From Histomonas meleagridis 2922-C6/04-290x (taxonomy: Eukaryota; Protista; Parabasalia): a stretch of 64,000 nt of DNA. Shown here in pieces: positions 8,402-19,359 of the stretch. The position numbers were made by a program, and so were the translations under genes. Location of the stretch: positions 186,001 through 250,000 of the forward strand of contig JAANOX010000018.1 in NCBI GenBank assembly GCA_020184695.1, in the 5' to 3' direction. The first letter of the stretch is position 1. Each line of letters starts with the position of its first letter. The notes under the pieces are model-generated. The model did not search any database. It was not told the DNA's origin and saw only the letters and a program-made list of their open reading frames with translations.

Positions 8402-11400
8402 TTAAATATCAAAAATATATATCGAATAAAGTATATGAACAACAATCAAATTGGTATCTATTCCTTCTTGTTTACTAAGGATTTTAATTATATTTGTTTT
8501 ACCATTTTTGGATGCTATTATAAAAGCTGTTCTAAATTATTTTTATGATATCCAAATAATGTATTGAAATATTACAATAAAAAAATAAATATCAAAACAA
8601 ACGATTAAACATTTTTAGCATTTAAATCAATTCCTTTTTGCTTAAGTAAGAGTTTAACTATGTTAATATAATCATTTGCGGATGCAATCATAAGAGCTGT
8701 CCAAAATAATTTAATTTATTTCCATAAAATGTTTTGAAACACAAAGCTTTTTAATAAAATATTAAATGAAATATATAAACATTTTTGGCATTAATATCAA
8801 CACCTTCTTTCTTAAGAATTAAATCTACTATTTCTGTATCATTTTTAAGTGTTGCACATATAAGTGCTGTTCTAAATACTTTGAATAATTTCCATTAATT
8901 GTTTTGAAATATTAAATCAATTAAATAAATAACAAATAATTAGAACATAAATCTTTAGTATTAACTTTAATTCCTTTTTGTTCAAGAAGTAATTGAGCAA
9001 TCATAGAATGATTTTTTATTAATGCCAAAATAAGTGCTGTTTCAAATTGTTAGAATATATTTCAAGTTATATATACATATTCCAAATTATTAAAACATAT
9101 TATAAATTATTAAAACATATTTTAAATTATTCAAATGAATAGTTTTTGCATTAACATCAATTCCTTCTTTATCTAAAAGTAATTTTACTATTTCTATATT
9201 ATTATTTTTAACTGCTATATGAAGTGCTGTTTCAAATTATTAAAACATATTCCAAATTATTAAAACATATTTCAAATTATTAAAACATATTTTAAATTAT
9301 CAAAATGAATGTCTTTTGCATTAACATCAATTCCTTCTTTATCTAAAAGTAATTTTACAATTTCTATATTATTATTTCTAACTGCTATATGAAGTGCTGT
9401 TTCAAATTATTAAAACATATTTCAAATTATTCAAATGAATATCTTTAGCATTAATATCAATTCCTTCTTTTTCAAGAAGTAATTGAACTATTTCTATATC
9501 ACCTCTTTCAGATGCTAAAATAAGTGCTGTTTGAAATAATTTAAATAATTTCCATATATTATTTTGAAATAGAAAATTATTAAAATAAATTTTAAATAAA
9601 ACAAATGAATATCTTTAGCATTAATATCAATTCCTTCTTTTTCAAGAAGTAATTGAACTATTTCTATATCACCTCTTTCAGATGCTAAAATAAGTGCTGT
9701 TTGAAATAATTTAAATAATTTCCATATATTATTTTGAAATAGAAAATTATTAAAATAAATTTTAAATAAAACAAATAAATATCTTTAGCATTAATATCAA
9801 TTCCTTCTTGTTCAAGAAGTAATTTAACTATTTCTGTATGACCATATTTCGATGCTAAAATAAGTGCTGTTACAAATAATTTGAATAATTTCCAAATATT
9901 GTTTTGAAATAGAAATTTCGAATAAAACAAAAAAATATCTTTAGCATTAATAACAATTCCTTCTTTTTCAAGAAGTAATTGAACTATTTCTGTATAACCA
10001 TATCGAGATGCTTTCATAAGTGCTGTATCAAATATTTTAAATAATTTCCAAATATTATTTTGAAATATAAAATTATTAAAATAAATATTAAATAAAACAA
10101 ATAAATATTTTTAGCATTAATATCAATTCCTTCTTTTTCAAGAAGTAATTGAACTATTTCTGTATAACCTTTTGAAGATGCTTTCATAAGTGCTGTTTGA
10201 AATAATTTAAATAATTTCCATATATTATTTTGAAATAGAAAATTATTAAAATAAATTTTAAATAAAACAAATAAATATCTTTAGCATTAATATCAATTCC
10301 ATTTTGTTCAAGAAGTAATTTAACTATTTCTGTATGACCATTTAAAGATGCTAAAATAAGTGCTGTATCAAATAATTTAAATAATTTCCAAATATTATTT
10401 TGAAATATAAAATCATTAAAATAAATATCAAATAAAACAAATAAATATCTTTAGCATTAATATCAATTCCTTCTTGTTCAAGAAGTAATTTAACTAATTC
10501 ATGGTTATTTGATCGAATAGAAAAAAATAAAGTATCTTTTGGAATTTGCTCATTTTGTAATAAATATTTAAAAAGATATAAGTTTCCAGTTCTTGCTGCT
10601 TCATTAATGATATTTTTATTAATTTTCATTCCTTCTTTTTCTAAATATGTAAAAATTTCATAATTAAAACATGAAACACATTTTTCTCCTAATTCTTTTA
10701 ACCTATTAATATCTTCAATTTTATTTTCATAAATATATTTAAAAATATCATTTCGATGGAATTCAATTGCTGTTTCATATGCATCTTTAAATGATGAATG
10801 ATTTTGTTCACATAAATGAATAATTTCTTCATTTCCACCTGCAACTGCATATTTACCTGCGTTCATTACATATGCACCATTCATAAGCAAAAATTTGAAA
10901 CATTTAATTGATCCAAAAAATGCTGCATAATCAATTAATGTAACATTTCTTTGATTAATAAATGAACAACTTTCATAAAGTGATGGTTCAATTTTTTGGT
11001 TAAAATCAAAATTACTTTGTGATGATATTTCTTGAAGTTTTTCTATTTCATCGTTTCGAATTATTTTTGAAATTTCATTTGGATTATGTCCTTCTTTAAT
11101 GAATTGTTTATGAAGTTCCCAATTGTTTTTGGAAAGTTCTTCGTAATTATTTAAAAAAGTATTTTCCAACAAATCAAAATTAAGTTGAAGTTTATTTAAT
11201 TTTTCTGATTTATAATGTGCAAAATATTTTGTAGTTATTTTATTAATATTTGGCCGGGCTAATTTTTGTACAATCATTTTTTCAATAAGATAACATGTTT
11301 CTTGTATTTTAGTTTGGAAAATAGAAGTGATTTGATACGAAAAAATATCAAATATTTTTGGGATATTATTGTTTATTTCTTCTTCTTTTGCTTGAATTAA

Positions 11401-11643
11401 ATGTAAATAATTTAAGTATACATCGCTTAAATTGTTTTGTGAAGAAAAAGCAGAAAAAACTAATAAACATACGGAAGCATTGAATGTGTATGAAAAATTT
11501 TTGTCAAAACAACGTATTGTATTATCAACTGATAGTGAAAGATTTTTTTCATTTATGTTGAATATGATTTGCTCGAGTTCCCGTAAAATTTGCATTTCGA
11601 AATGCAAATTTTTGATAATAGAACTTTTTTGTAAAGTTGCCAC
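8402..11643 (-). CDS. DUF3447-type ankyrin-repeat gene whose repeat array is interrupted by 12 non-coding-looking spacers
   Basis: ORF 11643-10351 encodes a parabasalid-type N-terminal region (LIDYAAFFGSIKCFKFL, AVAGGNEEIIHLCE) and a first ankyrin. Twelve further stop-free blocks follow (eleven of 93 nt plus a longer final one), each xTAL..A..G..EIV.LLL..GIDINAKD-like, ending at TAA 8402-8404. The coding model requires removal of the spacers. Confidence 0.75.
8525..10449 (-). repeat. Tandem array with 170-nt period (93-nt ankyrin block + 77-nt spacer), 12 units
   Basis: The Thr-Ala hexamer (plus-strand [t/a]gctgt) starts at 8525, 8695, 8865, 9035, 9225, 9395, 9525, 9695, 9865, 10021, 10191 and 10361. 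Spacer lengths in gene order: 77,77,77,63,77,77,37,77,97,77,77,77. Confidence 0.95.
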
Positions 11644-12089
11644 TTTTCATTATAAGCTTACACAGAACATGTGTTCATGTGAATAATTTATTGATTTTTT
11701 GACCAAGAATAACCAACTTGAGGAGCTTAGTTTATCAAAATATGGAATCAACGTGATAAAAGTACGTTTTAACTAAATTTTATCAACATTATTTTTGTCC
11801 AAACACATTGCTCAAAATATGATAAAAGTTATACATAATTGTTGAATGAGAATGAAAAACGAATGTTGTTATACCAGTGAATACAAATTTATAAGATATT
11901 AAACTTTATTTTCGAATAAAACATTTCACATTTATTGTAAACTTTAAATACATATTTTAGTTCTTCTTTTCGTTTGCTTCGCTTTGGTCCGTAAACAACT
12001 CGAAGCGCATTCTTGTATATGTCACAAAATATGTATCTTCGAAGATACATGTTTTTATAAAAACACTAAAATATTTACATTTAATAAAA

Positions 12090-13241
12090 TCAATTTGAAT
12101 TTTTCTGGTTCACATCGATATCTTCGCCATACATCTTTTTCAGCTTCTTCATGATATCTCTAGCTGATGGCCTTTTGTCGTATTCAGTCTCTGTCATTTG
12201 TAGAATTAACTTTTTCAACTTTTTTGGAAATTCGTTTTCTTTCACCACAACTTCTCTGTCCTTTTTGAGCTTCCTAATCGCGATCATTCTTTCCATAGTG
12301 GTGTTAAAGTTACCGAATATCTCCAAAAAGATAATTCCAAGCGAATAAATGTCCGCTTTTGTTGAGATCTTTTCGATGCTGTAATGCTCAGGCGAAGCAT
12401 AAAGCTCTGTACCAAATTCCATAGCATTGGGGCCCATCTTGTCACCACATATCGAAATCCCAAAGTCAGAAAGTTTGGGTTGATTATCCATTCCGATTAA
12501 GATATTGGAAGGTTTCAAATCTCTATGAATTATGCCAATATCATGAAGATATGTAAGGCCACGGCATACAAAGTAGGCTTGTTGTAGCTTGGACTTGAAA
12601 TTCAGGGTTTGACAAATATCAAGAATATTTTTGGACTTACAAAGTTCCATTTGAATATAAAATATAAAATGGATGGGTTGCTTACGGGATCCCTTATAAC
12701 CAGAATACTCAATGGCTTTGACAGGATTTCCAGATATGCTAAATTCAACCCATGAAGTATAATAACGTACAATATTGGGATGAATAAGATTGGTCATAAG
12801 CTGTACTTCTGTGATGAGATCCTCAGGATTAGTTTGATTAAGTGGTTGACGAATTTGTTTAATGGCATACAAGCAACGATCGATTAAATGAAGAGCTGAA
12901 ATAACTTTGACATCAACCCTTGATGCAATATCTTCAACAAAAGAAAACTCTGTTTGAAATCTTGACCAAGAAGGATTATTATTATTATTTGAACCATTAT
13001 TAATTGGGTTTAATTTTTTCATAAAATTTACACGAAGAAGTTCTTGCAAGATATCGCTTGCTAGACCATTTTTTCCTCCAGGATCCATGATCTCACAAAA
13101 TCTTTGGAGATGAGACATTGCCTCAGAAAGATTTGAATCCACGGTTGGACTTCGAAGAACAGCGGGAACAATTGATGTGCATTTAGATAAAACTGGTTCG
13201 TTTTCTAATTGTTCTTCTTCGCTTTCATCATCGTAATCCAT
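12090..13241 (-). CDS. eIF2-alpha kinase family (PEK; HRI/GCN2-like) protein kinase
   Basis: Motifs SRFQTEF, YAIKQI, HPNIVRYYTSWVE, short insert, YIQMELC, IHRDLKPSNI, DFG, GTELYASPE, DIYSLGII. The Gly-rich loop is degenerate. Confidence 0.85.
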   Translation of the reverse strand: MDYDDESEEEQLENEPVLSKCTSIVPAVLRSPTVDSNLSEAMSHLQRFCEIMDPGGKNGLASDILQELLRVNFMKKLNPINNGSNNNNNPSWSRFQTEFSFVEDIASRVDVKVISALHLIDRCLYAIKQIRQPLNQTNPEDLITEVQLMTNLIHPNIVRYYTSWVEFSISGNPVKAIEYSGYKGSRKQPIHFIFYIQMELCKSKNILDICQTLNFKSKLQQAYFVCRGLTYLHDIGIIHRDLKPSNILIGMDNQPKLSDFGISICGDKMGPNAMEFGTELYASPEHYSIEKISTKADIYSLGIIFLEIFGNFNTTMERMIAIRKLKKDREVVVKENEFPKKLKKLILQMTETEYDKRPSARDIMKKLKKMYGEDIDVNQKNSN

Positions 13242-13248
13242 CGTTTAA

Positions 13249-13255
13249 AAAGTGA
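13249..13255 (-). promoter_or_regulatory. Parabasalid initiator (Inr) TCACTTT
   Basis: Matches the trichomonad Inr consensus TCAY(T/A), 7 nt before the kinase ATG. Confidence 0.55.
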
Positions 13256-13795
13256 CTCCAAAACTTAATTGTCCAACCAAACAACACACAGACGAAATTT
13301 CAGTACAAATTTAGCCAATTCTTGTATGTTTGGCATATGCTATGGTATATTTAGTGGGTTTTGATTGATCTGTTAGAAATATAAGTTAATACTTTTGCAT
13401 GCATCAAATACTCTTCTGAAACTAAATTAAAAGGAAATACAAAAACGGACAAACAAGCACTGTTTATTGTAAATCAAAAACTTTGTGTAATACAAAATAA
13501 AAGTTTGTTATTCTTAACAAATCATGATGTGTCTTTTTTACTGATCATTTATTTACGACCTTATAAAATTAAGTCTAAAATCATCTGTAACTCTCTAAAG
13601 TAATATTATCCTCTTGTTTGAACCAAAAGATAAAAAATGGCCAATTTGTGTTATGATGTATCCAACGCAAATTTTGAATAGTTTATTTATACATAAAAAT
13701 GTTTTCATCAAAAATATCCATTTAATTTTAAGAGTATCAAATAGACAATTAGAGATATATTTTTGGCGCTATTTTTTGGAGGGAAAGAAATTACT

Positions 13796-13802
13796 TCATT
13801 TT
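13796..13802 (+). promoter_or_regulatory. Inr TCATTTT of the histone H4 gene
   Basis: Inr consensus 4 nt before ATG 13807. Confidence 0.55.
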
Positions 13803-13806
13803 TTAA

Positions 13807-14112
<306 letters not shown>

Positions 14113-14333
14113 ATAATCTATTTTTTTTAAATTATTTTTGAAACATACTTTGATTATAATTATTCCCAATGACAAATACCAATTTTTTTATAATTATATA
14201 ATTTTTTATTATCAAACAATTCCAAATATTCGTAAAATATTTTCGAGAAAGATTTATGCAATCCGTGATTTAACTTAAACAGAAAAGGTTTTTATGTTCC
14301 TTTAAATCTAGTTTCTACGCAAAACATATTTCA

Positions 14334-16498
14334 CTATACGTGTCCCAGACCCACAAGTCTCTTATACGAGAATCTTTTTTCTAATAATTTCCATTCCTCT
14401 TCATTACTACTTTCTGGTATCTCTATATCGAATTCCCATGATGCTTCGACTTCGTCAAACTGTTTAATTTCCATATTTTCGTATGAATTCGGAACTTGTG
14501 AATACATCAATTGAGAAGCGGCTGAAGTTGATTGGTCAGTATCATCTTCCCAAGCCAGTACACGATCTTCTTGAATTACTGTACTCTTTTTCATCTTTGT
14601 CCAAGCATTTTGGAACTTCGAATGAAACTTTGCCCCGAACTTTTCTGTAAACAATTGAACGTCATTTTTCGGTTTCAAGATGCAATCGATGTGCGGAATG
14701 TCTGCAATTTTCTTAATAAATGATATTAAAACAGAAGGTGATGACAGTGCAGCACCATCGAAAGATATATGACGGATTCTATCATTATTACTAATAATTT
14801 CATATAAAATATTTAATCCTTCATCACCAATTTCATTCTCATCTAAATTTAGACGATCCATTCCAGGATGTTGAATAAGCGCACTTTTAAGTTCCTCTAA
14901 AGCTTGGCTTTTCATTGGCTTTAATGTCTGCTTTAGAGAAAGTTGTTCAACCGTCGAATTTGAGAGAAGTTCTTTGAGTGAAGTAAGAACGGCACTTTTT
15001 TCGTTCTTGGGGAAGTGGCACCTGGAAAGTGACAGACTTGTGATGTTTACATTTTTCGTTATCAGGTTTAGAAGACGACCAAAAATGACACTGTCATCCA
15101 TACAAAGGTTAACAATCGTTGGATTCAGTGATCGTTCTGGTAATGTCGTAAGAAGAACATTAAAGTCGTTTTGATTGATTTTAGGTCGAGAAATTGATAA
15201 TGTAATATATGAAGAAAATGTTTGCTTAGTCAGAAAAGTGGCGTAGCTTTGGCCACACCATTCAACACGATTTAGAGTAAGAGAGGTTAGGGAAGATGGA
15301 AATCGGAATTTACCATTGTATGATTCAACCATTAAATTTTTGGAAAGATCAATTGTTTCAAGCTCAAGATTATCAGCATATACACTAACGAGGCTAAGGA
15401 ACGCGTTAATGTCGAGGCCACAGTCAACTACGGAAAGGTTTCTGAGATGTGAAGAAATTACGAGATTTGCTAGATCATTTAGATATTCATTTTGTATTGA
15501 ATCAGTGCGAATAGTCAACGAAGTGACGTTTTTAAACACATCTGGAGTTCGTGCGAAGAATTTGAGACTCGATTTCGCAAAATTAGAGTTATCAAATATT
15601 AATTGTGAAATTGGTAAATTTGGAAGTTTTGCAGCTAATTCAATGCCCATTGACTTCTGTAGTGATACGCTAGTGAAAGCGAGAGCTTGTACTGATGATT
15701 GAACAAGCATTTTTATGAAATAATCAAATTCTTTAATTTTTTTTGATTTGAAAATTTCAAGAGCAATGATGCTTTTGTTCTTTGATATGATATTTCCGAG
15801 CGTTTTGTAGAGTTGTTTAAATCCTTTCCCGCCAAGTTTTATATTATCGATTGATGTGGAATATAAAAGTGCAGTACTAAGTGCTTGAACTTGTTGAATT
15901 GGAGTGGATGAGGCATCAATAACAAGAGGCCTTCCTTTTTTTAACTCATGTTTTAGGTGAGAAAGATATGACTGATCTATTGGAACATTCTTAAGTTGGC
16001 ATTGGGAAACAAAAAGTGTGGCAATTTGAGATTCAACTTGCTGTGTTGTGTTTATGGTGATATCGTTGGGTATATCAATTTTAAGTGGATGATAATCTGG
16101 AAGAATTGATTTGAGATATGAACAAATAAGAGAAACAAAATTAAAACAACTTATTTGATCACTAAATATAAGTTTGACCTCTATGGTCTTGCTTGTGTTG
16201 TAAATCAAATTACATTCAGGGATTCCTTTACGAGCATTAATTTGTTGAATAGCAATCCATGGAAATGAACGCTTGATTTTTAGTGCTGATAGTAATGTCT
16301 GCTTTGCTAGGTATAATGAAGATGATGAAACAACACAAAATATCGGTTTATTTGCTCCTTTATGCTTTGATGGAACAGAAACCCATTGACTTGTTAAAAT
16401 ACTTTCTACCCTTGAATTTATGTACTGTTTTATATCCTCTGGCGTTATAAAATTAATATACTTAAATTTGGGATTAATTCTTTCTCATTTCCCATCAT
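14334..16498 (-). CDS. CARMIL/LRRC16-like PH + RNI-type LRR protein; predicted 23-nt intron at 16439-16461
   Basis: The long frame is open up to 16484 but has no ATG near its 5' end. Splicing GTATATTAATTTTATAACGCCAG joins ATG 16498 (MMGNEKELIPNLK) in frame to DIKQYINS.... A PH-like segment (IFCVVSSSSLYLAK) is followed by LRRs (LDLSKN, LSLSRC, LNLDENEIGDEG). Confidence 0.7.
16439..16461 (-). other. Predicted 23-nt spliceosomal mini-intron
   Basis: GT...TAAC.gcc.AG; its removal is the simplest way to give the ORF an ATG. Confidence 0.7.
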
Positions 16499-16579
16499 CA
16501 ATGTTTATTTGGTACCCAAATTCAAACCGTTAATAACTTTTTCATAACTCATGCCTGAAAATAAACGTTTTCCATTTAA

Positions 16580-18154
16580 GATATTATTCCCATCTTCTTT
16601 GCAAAATGTTTTGCACATACTGATAGAGCACCTTGTTATATTTTTCATGCTGTTTTTAAAGGATTATTCAAAAGGCCTGGAAGATATGATAAAGATCTTT
16701 CAGAAGAAAATGTAGAAGGAAAATTACAAAATATAGCAAAATCTTTACCAGGGTATGTTGAAATTGTTCTTCAAGATTATGTAGAAGGTGGATTAATTGT
16801 TGAAGATGGAAAAGTACTTCAAAGATTCACATGGGTTTGTTCATGGGTTGAAAATAGAATCAAACAAACTCATTATATCGAATTAGATGCATCCTTCAAG
16901 GCCACGAAGCCTTACTGTTATTGTTGCATCAATAGTATTCGGAACAATAAATCGGTTCCAATAGCTTTATCAATTGAAATGAAAGAAAATTCACATATTT
17001 ACGAAAATGTTTACTGTAGTATTGAGTCATTTGGAATTAATTCTGAATTATTAAATTCCATTCCAATTTTGTCAGATATGGAAAAAGGAATCATAAAATT
17101 CTCAAAAAAATGAAATTTAACACGTTTCTTTTGTCATCGACATATTCTTGAAGTTTTTGGCAATCCAATTTTAAGGAACTGGGTACTCAGATTGCTTGAA
17201 TGTGTCAAAGAAGAACAATATATTCGTCTTTGCTTTCAAATTTCAGAAGAAATTTCGATTTGGTGCAGTCAATTGGAACCTGAATCAATACCAGAAAAAA
17301 TTGACTTAATATATGAGATGCTTGACATCAATTCATCTCATTTACAATATAATGTAAAAAAATGGGCCTTATGAGAAAGAATCGGATTTCATGTAGGTCG
17401 CTGCACGAATCACAGTGAATCCTTTCATCATGTAATTAATTCACATTGTTTCATTCGAAATAATTTTTTGGATAGAGTAATAGGCATTACTAAAATGATA
17501 ATTAAAAAATATACAAAACAAGGAGAAGTTCATGGACGAACAATAAGGAATCGATTTTGAAAATATTCGCAATTTAAATCCACAGCAATAACAAAAAGAT
17601 GGGATCTTTCTAAGTATTCATTAGATCATTGTGAGTGTGGTTGGAATGATTATTATTCAAGTATCTTAGGTGTGAGATTTCCATGTATACATGAAATTTT
17701 TAATAATATATTCAATAGAGCACCATCACCACCAGAGCTTATTATAGAATCTTATTCACAAATAAATGAAGTAAAATTAATAGAAACACAAAAAGTAAAA
17801 AATCTTCCGAGAATATCAAATGAAATAGATACAACAAAAATGCCATTAGAATCTAATGATGAAGAAATTTCTCACAAGGTTTCAAGCTTCGTATATGAGG
17901 GTCCAAATACAACATATGCCAAAGAAGAATTTTGGAAAGTGGTTCGCGAACTGAAGGTGATGTATAAAATTGATAAACATGATGCAATTGATATTGTTAT
18001 GAATGAGTTTGCGCAGTGGGGATTAAATAATGAGCAAACTGCTTCAATAACTAATATTGCTTATTTTAGAATTTCTTGTTGGAGTGTTGGGATTAAGTTT
18101 AAGGAAAAAAGAGATAAAAGCCAACGACAGGGTAACAGTGATACACATTCTTAA
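16580..18154 (+). pseudogene. Mutator-like (MULE) DDE transposase remnant with SWIM finger
   Basis: One frame carries ELDASF (D 16886), ILSDME (D 17075), FCHRH (CxxH), TNHSESFH (E 17417) and CECG...FPCIH (SWIM). It is interrupted only by TGA at 17111, 17372 and 17558. No TIRs found. Confidence 0.8.
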
Positions 18155-19359
18155 AGTCTTTCACATATGAATAAACATCGAAGGTGAATAACAAATATTT
18201 ATTGTTTCAATACATAGTTTTGAGATTTAGTAATATACCTTCTATGACAAATGCATTCATTGCACGATAAAAAGTACAGAAAGCTCAAGGAAGATAAATA
18301 AATATTTTAATTTTAATAAAATAGTATATAAAAGCTTTGAAATATTCAGATTTGGTGATAATACAATTATCTTTGGCTCTTCAAAGCCTTGTTTTGGTCT
18401 GAAAACGAGTGACAATCAATTTTAAAACACTATGGTAGATAGTTAACTCAATCAGCGAGTATAATATTTCATTAAATACTTTTGTGTTTAAAGCGGCGTT
18501 CATATTATGTACTTGGTAAACAAAAAGGTTCTTTCATTATTTCCTATAAATCTTCGTGAAGTCCAATCATTTGATAAGTCCGAGAAACATGTTTTAGAAG
18601 AAATGGTTTTTGGCGCTCAATAAACCAGTTCGCGAACGAACTATCAGAAAAAATATTTCAATGCATTTATTCAAAATATTCTATGAGGTCTTTAGTGCCG
18701 AAATTTCAATCAAACATCACTCGTTCAGAATAATTTAATCGACGTTTCCAACTTTTTGACTGAATTAGCATCGTTAATCGTTTTTGATTAAAATTTCATA
18801 TCACATTTCACTGATAAAAAAAATTGCAATCTTATTTTTTTATTATAAAAAATAATTCAATTCAAAATAATGATAGAATAAGGTAATACATAAAGTGTAT
18901 AAATAATATTAAATAAGCGACAAAATTTGTGCACCAATATTTCAAGCACTTTTTAATGACCTTTTCAACAAAAAATCGGTAAAATGGATTTTTTTTAATG
19001 CATTTGTGATTAAATTGCGAATAAATCACATATTTGTAATACATAACAATTAGAAATTTTATTATTATAAAATGACAGAAAATTATTCAGGACTGAAAGT
19101 TTTTTTTAGACTACTTAACAACTCATAAACTTTTTGAATATTCGTAATTCAATACATATAGAATGTTCACTTCACAACTTGGTGTTTTTGTCGACAAAAA
19201 TCCAAAAAATTACAACAATGTCACCACTAAAAATAAAAATCATGAAAAAATCTTTATCATATAAAAATAGTTGGCCTCCAAAATCTTTCTCTCATGTCGA
19301 CAGATTTTCGGTCTTATTTAGATATCTGATAAAAAATAAATGTATTTAAATTCACTCTT

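Noticed and set aside
8534-8950. Programmed -1 frameshift as the explanation of the 170-nt period
   Set aside because: Frames 0 and -1 are open in the 5' spacers, but three 3' spacers have a frame-0 stop upstream of a -1-frame stop, and the 37-, 63- and 97-nt spacers need other shifts.
8361-10370. ACAG of the Thr-Ala codons as a canonical 3' splice site
   Set aside because: Pairing it with the available GT sites in the units tested deletes the conserved Thr and shifts the frame.
8525-10449. Repeat-spacer appearance suggesting a CRISPR array
   Set aside because: The conserved blocks are 93-nt ankyrin-coding segments with amino-acid-level conservation, the spacers are related to each other, the context is eukaryotic and no cas genes are present.
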